Shown here: positions 59,100-64,000 of the stretch, one piece after another
Layout of the letters: each line of letters opens with the position of its first letter
Position numbering within the stretch: position 1 is the first letter of the stretch
NCBI GenBank assembly: GCA_963739305.1
Contig: CAVTZU010000023.1
Location: 56,167-120,166, forward strand
Length of the DNA: 64,000 nt
Direction: 5' to 3'
From: Candidatus Bathyarchaeota archaeon
GTDB taxonomy: Archaea > Thermoproteota > Bathyarchaeia > Bathyarchaeales > Bathycorpusculaceae
Translations under genes and position numbers: made by a program
The notes under the pieces: model-generated
Database searches by the model: none
Told to the model about the DNA's origin: nothing
What the model saw: the letters and a program-made list of their open reading frames with translations, nothing else

Positions 59100-59335
59100 T
59101 CCAGTGTCCCCTGAACAACATGTTACAAGGTGCGAAGACGATATAAATATTGCGTATTAAGATATACGACACTTGCTCTAAACGACAAATCACTAAACAA
59201 AGAAGAACCCTCCATCAAAAGAAACACATAACAGCAGCTATCGCTGCAATTTTTCCTGCCGATCCGTGTCTGTAAGGCGTGTAACGTACAAGAACTTTTC
59301 AACGGCACACAGGCTAAGCATGGTAATGACTCCAC

Positions 59336-59851
59336 ATGAGTGAACAAACAACTCCTCCAGAGGAGACAGTGCTGATTCGAGCCAAAGATCAACCAAACCA
59401 CAAAAAACCCAGGGTCTCCCTTGAAGAACTGCTTGATTCGCTCAAAAGCGTACAGGACGACATAGGACAAATCTGTGAACTAACCTCTGAAGAAGAAACA
59501 CTCGTGGGCGAGTTCTTCGAATCGTTCGTAAAACTGATGCAACCGTTCGTGGCAACAATTCAGGTCTCGACAGAAGCTCTCCCAAACCAATTGGGAGACG
59601 TTGCACGAGCAAGCATCGACCCAACTGGACAACTCATGCTCCTCTACCGAGACGGAAGCATGATCATGAAAAACCTGATCGAAGAAGAAAACCGCGACCT
59701 AATGACCGCCGTCCTAGAGGATGTCTTACCGACACTGAAACAACTCTTCAAAACTCACAGAGAGAAAATCGAAGGACGAATGAAGTTTCTCTCATCAATA
59801 ACGAAAGAAGTCCAGAAGATGTCAAGAGCAGTCTCAAAGGCCACTTCCTAA
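59336..59851 (+). CDS. Hypothetical protein (helical/coiled coil)
   Basis: 171-aa ORF divergent from the AAA+ gene. Confidence 0.8.
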   Translation: MSEQTTPPEETVLIRAKDQPNHKKPRVSLEELLDSLKSVQDDIGQICELTSEEETLVGEFFESFVKLMQPFVATIQVSTEALPNQLGDVARASIDPTGQLMLLYRDGSMIMKNLIEEENRDLMTAVLEDVLPTLKQLFKTHREKIEGRMKFLSSITKEVQKMSRAVSKATS

Positions 59852-60065
59852 GCTGTCTCGCAAAAGAATGAGAATTCTTCAATTCCCTCAGCTAAATAGC
59901 GAATACGAGGGCTGACACGAACAAACCAGTATGTAGCAAACATGATACACAAATTCTCTTATTCGTGGAAACCCTACATTGATCAAGAAAGAGATTCAAC
60001 AGCGGGTATGCCTGAAAAAGAAAGATCAGGCGAAGAAATCGAGAGAGCATAGAACAAGGTGAGGT

Positions 60066-60629
60066 ATGATGGGAACAGAAATCCGAACGTTCTATTCCAT
60101 GAAAGAAATGAGCGACAGCATTGTCTATCAGATTACTCAATACAAAACCTTGGCTGAAGACTATAGTGAATGGCTGGGTTCCCTGCTTCGAACTTGCGAA
60201 GAAACACACAAGAACGAAAGCTGGGTCCAAAAATCAGCCACGATGCAAAAAAACAAGCGGGCATCACCCAAGAAGGCTGCGGAGCCCTCCCAAAACGGAA
60301 AAAAGAAGAACGAGGGAAAATCCCAAAAAAACGAATCTTCCTGCTGGATTCAATCAGGCGACATACTCCTATGTTCAACAGAGCAAGGTGAAGCAGAAAT
60401 CCTCTTTGAAGCAATCGAAGAAATCAACAAAAAAACTCAAGCACTGGACAGATTCAAGTCAACCCTCCAACAGCTCGAACGCATAGGGCTCGGAAAAAAC
60501 GTCAACTACATCGTCTTTTTCAAAGACGACATCCCGGAAAAACTCGTGCTGCAAACCAGAGACAGCAAACAAACCATTCAAGATTACAAATTCGAGGCGG
60601 AATTCACGGTTCCAGCCCTGAACCACTGA
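60066..60629 (+). CDS. Hypothetical protein
   Basis: GGTGAGG ribosome-binding site; coiled-coil segments flanking a Lys-rich linker. Confidence 0.8.
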   Translation: MMGTEIRTFYSMKEMSDSIVYQITQYKTLAEDYSEWLGSLLRTCEETHKNESWVQKSATMQKNKRASPKKAAEPSQNGKKKNEGKSQKNESSCWIQSGDILLCSTEQGEAEILFEAIEEINKKTQALDRFKSTLQQLERIGLGKNVNYIVFFKDDIPEKLVLQTRDSKQTIQDYKFEAEFTVPALNH

Positions 60630-60733
60630 ACAAAGCAGCTTCAATATGCTTGTCACAGCAGCTACACACAAAACGACAAAACAATATTTAAGACGTTAAG
60701 TAAACAATGGTAAGGTCCAGAGGAATCACCTAT

Positions 60734-61253
60734 TTGCCCAAAATATTCCGTCTCTGGAGTAACAGTCTCCATTCGCATAGATAGCCTTCAAGCGGAAAGA
60801 ATGGGCGAAAACACGCCGAGCGAAGACGTCTTCTTCAACGTGAACGCGAAGATCGAAGAACAGAAGAAAACCAACTCGCAGCTCACGCTCTCCTTTAACC
60901 TTCTGCTCGAAACAAAGCCGAATATAGCGAAATACTCAACTTCCGGAGCGATTGTCCTGGAAGGCAGCACACAAGACATAAACAAAAGGCTAGAGATAAA
61001 CCCAAAAACTAAGCTTCCTCAAATTCTCTTCACCGTCTATCAACACGTTTTCAATTCCATCTATCTTTTATCCTCCCTTCTGGACACACCTTATCCTCCT
61101 CCTGATCTCTTACATCCCATGCAAGAGAAAATCCAGATACTGCCAGAAAACACTGGCACGAAACCCTTAGAACCCCAGCAGCAGCCTCAACCTTCGCCGC
61201 AGACTGCTGAAAAGACTGCCTCTGAAGTCGTAAGCGCACCACCCACCAAGTAA
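60734..61253 (+). CDS. SecB-like fold hypothetical protein; N-terminus probably extends upstream of ATG 60801
   Basis: Frame is open upstream (PKYSVSGVTVSIRIDSLQAER); four alternating beta-strands, a helix, then PYPPP; TTG at 60734 is one base out of frame before an A4 run. Confidence 0.6.
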
Positions 61254-61406
61254 GAAGGTACTGTAGAACCACAGGACCAATTCAAATTCGCAATTCATAA
61301 CCTATTTATCCATTCGACATCGCAGTGCCTTCTAACAAGAGGGTGTCTTTTGAACAACCTACAAGTCATTCCGTGTCCACAACTAACCAAAAGCGGTGTA
61401 TTCTAA

Positions 61407-62705
61407 ATGAGAATCGGGTTCTTCGTCTGGGAATACCCACCTGCCCTCGTTGGCGGCTTAGGAACCTACGCAGATTACATAACGCGCCAATTCGTCTCAA
61501 TGGGAAACGACGTGACAGTCTTCACGCTCAACGCTGGAAACCTGAAAACAAGAGAAATCATGAAGGGCGTCGAGGTGCACAGACCGCTAATTGCTGATGC
61601 CAGCAACGTTTTCCCAATGTTTGTCACCGACGACCTGAAAAAATGGGGCACCAACATCCGAATGTTCAACGATATATTCATCTACAACATACTAAGCGCA
61701 AGCAAATTCATAAACAGCATGCTCAAAAAAGAAAACTTGAACTACGACGTAGTCTGCGTCCACGACTGGCTTAGCAGCATCGCGGGCCTAATGGCCAAAA
61801 ACGAAACCAAAACCCCCGTCTGCTTCCACGTACACAGCACGGAGTGGGGAAGAGCGGGTGGACCGGGCTCAGAAGTCGTATCGCACCTTGAATGGGCAAC
61901 ATCTCAGAAAGTCGACAAGATAATAACGGTCAGCCATGCCATGCAAGAAGACCTAGTTAGACACGGATGGCCCAAATCCAAGATAAGCGTAGTCTGGAAC
62001 GGAGTAGACCCCGACCGCTATAACCGACAAAACTGCAAGCCTGAAGACGTAGAGGCTGTACGGAACAGATACAACATAAAACCGGAAGAAAAAATGATCC
62101 TGTTCTGCGGAAGACTCACTTGGGTTAAAGGAGTAACAAACCTTGTCCAAGCGATGCCAACCGTCCTCGCAGAATACCCAGACACAAAACTCGTTATTCT
62201 CGGAAAAGGCGAACAACAAAACGATATAACCGAGGCCGCAAACCGACTTGGAATAAGCCAAAAAGTCGCGTGCAGGTTTGAGTTCATCCCTGAAAAAGAA
62301 CGAATATTACACTACGCAGCCGCCGACACATGTATATTCCCCTCAACATACGAGCCTTTTGGAATAGTGAGCCTTGAAGCAATGTCGATGGAAAAACCAA
62401 TAATAGTCGGCGCACAAGGCGTAGTCGGCTTCAGAGAACAAGTCGTACCGTCAGGCCCCGACCAAAATGGCGTACATGTAAACGGAGGAAACCCATCGGA
62501 CATCGCGTGGGGAATCAAAGAGATCCTATGCGACGCTGACAGAGCGAAGAAATGGGGACAGAGTGGCAGAAAAAGAGTACTGCAATACTTCACCTGGAAG
62601 GAAGCAGCAAAACAGACTTTGCGAATATACGAAGCGCTTCAACATCCGCAAGCGCATGACGAAAGTAGAATAGTCGACTTTGAGGAAAAACTGACAAGCA
62701 CGTAA
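61407..62705 (+). CDS. GT4-family glycosyltransferase (glycogen synthase-like)
   Basis: WEYPP..VGGLG, HDWL, HSTEWGR, NGVD, GRL..VKG, YEPFGIVSLEAM. Confidence 0.93.
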   Translation: MRIGFFVWEYPPALVGGLGTYADYITRQFVSMGNDVTVFTLNAGNLKTREIMKGVEVHRPLIADASNVFPMFVTDDLKKWGTNIRMFNDIFIYNILSASKFINSMLKKENLNYDVVCVHDWLSSIAGLMAKNETKTPVCFHVHSTEWGRAGGPGSEVVSHLEWATSQKVDKIITVSHAMQEDLVRHGWPKSKISVVWNGVDPDRYNRQNCKPEDVEAVRNRYNIKPEEKMILFCGRLTWVKGVTNLVQAMPTVLAEYPDTKLVILGKGEQQNDITEAANRLGISQKVACRFEFIPEKERILHYAAADTCIFPSTYEPFGIVSLEAMSMEKPIIVGAQGVVGFREQVVPSGPDQNGVHVNGGNPSDIAWGIKEILCDADRAKKWGQSGRKRVLQYFTWKEAAKQTLRIYEALQHPQAHDESRIVDFEEKLTST

Positions 62706-62739
62706 GAACCAACCGGTTTCTTTCATTGCACGTTGAAGA

Positions 62740-62868
62740 GCGCGCGCAAAGTAACTTGTTACACTTTTGCCGTTCTTCCAACATTGCCGGTAAGTTTTCC
62801 AAAATTAGTAATTGTTACAAAAACCTTCGTGAAGAAAGATTCTTTGTAACGGTTTAGTGCGCGCGCGC
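62740..62868. repeat. Inverted pair GCGCGCGC-N10-GTTACA / TGTAAC-N10-GCGCGCGC between convergent genes
   Basis: 62740-62763 and 62845-62868; a third GTTACA at 62814-62819. Confidence 0.55.
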
Positions 62869-62932
62869 ATGCGTAGGGGTGTCATTTGTTAACAAAAAAA
62901 GGGAGTTGAAGATTGAGTTGGCTTGGTGATTG

Positions 62933-63608
62933 CTATTGGCTTTGAACATAGATGTAATTTGTCTTGTGCCCTATTCTTTGCCAATCATCGTATAAATACG
63001 CGTATATAGTGTAGCCTCCCGCTTCTTTGGGCGTGAACTCAGCTGAGTAACGGGCTTCCTCTCCGGGGGAAAGTTCCTTCATTTCTGTTGTGGACTGCTT
63101 TTCAGACTTTCCTGAGGGGGGTTCCACCCAGAATTCCAGTTTCAATCCTGCACCTTTTCTCACGCCCTTGACGGTTGCCTGGCCGAGAGGGTTTTTCCAA
63201 TTTTCGTATATGGGTGTGAAAGCACAAATAGGCGTTCGAGTATCGCTTTTTCCTCGCCTACGGAGATGTGAGTCCAGCCGGATTCCCACCAGAAGTAGTG
63301 TCTTTCTTCACGTGCCATAATGGTGATATATACATCAGCTGACCCTAATGCATCAATCCGGAAAACCAGTTCGACCTCTTCATTTGGCTTAAACTCCTTA
63401 AGGTATTGTCCAGATCCATATCCCCACCATGTTCCATAGACATTAGGTAATATGTATCTAAAGAGTGTAATTGTATGTCAACTCCTTTAAGAGTGTCCCT
63501 TGACGTGTTTTTCAGTTTCAATGTTAGCCAGCTATTTCCTTTATCTACTGACGTAGGATTCAACTCGTACTCGATGGGGTACTTATATCTCGACGTTGTT
63601 GCCTCCAT
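62933..63608 (-). pseudogene. Two-domain Ig-like (CARDB-like) protein split by two single-base frameshifts
   Basis: MEATTSRYKYP...LDTYYL / NVYGTWWGYGSGQYLKEFKPNEEVELVF...KTLSA / ATVKGVRKG...YIYVQSQ* joins the two track ORFs through a third frame; may be sequencing error. Confidence 0.75.
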
Positions 63609-63735
63609 TTTCAATTCACCATTATCCACATAGTATACTACGGGTAAACGCACTTTTAAGATTTTTTTGCTTTATGTGTTTATGTAATTAGCGCGCGCTA
63701 GACAAACTCGAAGACCCACAGTGAGAAACAAACCT

Positions 63736-64000
63736 AGATGATTTTTAAAACAAAGTTCAGCCCGATATGCATGATGACTGACACGCCGACGACGATTATT
63801 ATTACCTTAGGAGAAATTGACGAAGATGAAGATTCTTCACTTTTTTGGCTGGATCTCGCATCCCCTGATTTCATGTGCCTCAGAATCAACCCTGACAACC
63901 GCGGACAGCTTCTTCAATTCAATCTCGACCGTGTAGACTCCTTCCTCCAAAAGAACTCTTTTAGGCTTCAAACCGCCTTTGTTACCTATCCTCTTCAGAA
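63736..64000 (-). pseudogene. 3' part of a membrane-anchored hypothetical protein, frameshifted at an A7 run (truncated by window end)
   Basis: LKRIGNKGGLKPKRVLLEEGVYTVEIELKK...EIQPK, then in another frame SEESSSSSISPKVIIIVVGVSVIMHIGLNFVLKII* with a TM helix. Confidence 0.55.

Noticed and set aside
62933-64000. Programmed frameshifting in the two terminal genes
   Set aside because: Three single-base lesions within about 1 kb, only one at a long homopolymer and none with a stimulatory structure; sequencing error or ordinary decay is more parsimonious.
1-64000. tRNA, rRNA, CRISPR array, transposase or integrase genes
   Set aside because: No T-loop or cloverleaf, regularly spaced repeat or recombinase motif was recognised by eye; intron-split tRNAs cannot be excluded without tRNAscan-SE.

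Overview
Archaeal chromosomal window. Rps26e, Rpo6, FEN1, aEF-1beta, Cdc48, a PAC2-family protein, an arcadin-1-like protein and the CofD/CofE F420 genes point to a TACK-group archaeon, most plausibly Bathyarchaeia (inference). Positions 1-44 kb are mostly housekeeping genes. Positions 45.8-62.7 kb hold an accessory surface-structure locus: a major pilin, a disrupted second pilin, minor pilins, a T4P ATPase, a TadC-like protein and a beta-propeller surface protein, next to a MoxR-type AAA+/vWA/TrmB operon and a divergent cluster of hypothetical proteins (one SecB-like) plus a GT4 glycosyltransferase. A TGTAGC...TACACA motif recurs upstream of genes in both halves. The most unusual non-coding feature is at 44.2-44.5 kb: a C/D-box sRNA gene whose 3' end is duplicated as a 17-bp direct repeat with tyrosine-integrase att-core geometry, bracketing a 257-bp element with no recognisable gene that carries a highly structured putative RNA. 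Also found: a 50-aa ribbon-helix-helix gene missed by the ORF track, a structured leader before the major pilin, and an inverted GCGCGCGC-N10-GTTACA pair between convergent genes. No tRNA, rRNA, CRISPR array, transposase or integrase was recognised. All calls come from reading sequence and motifs by eye; no searches were run.
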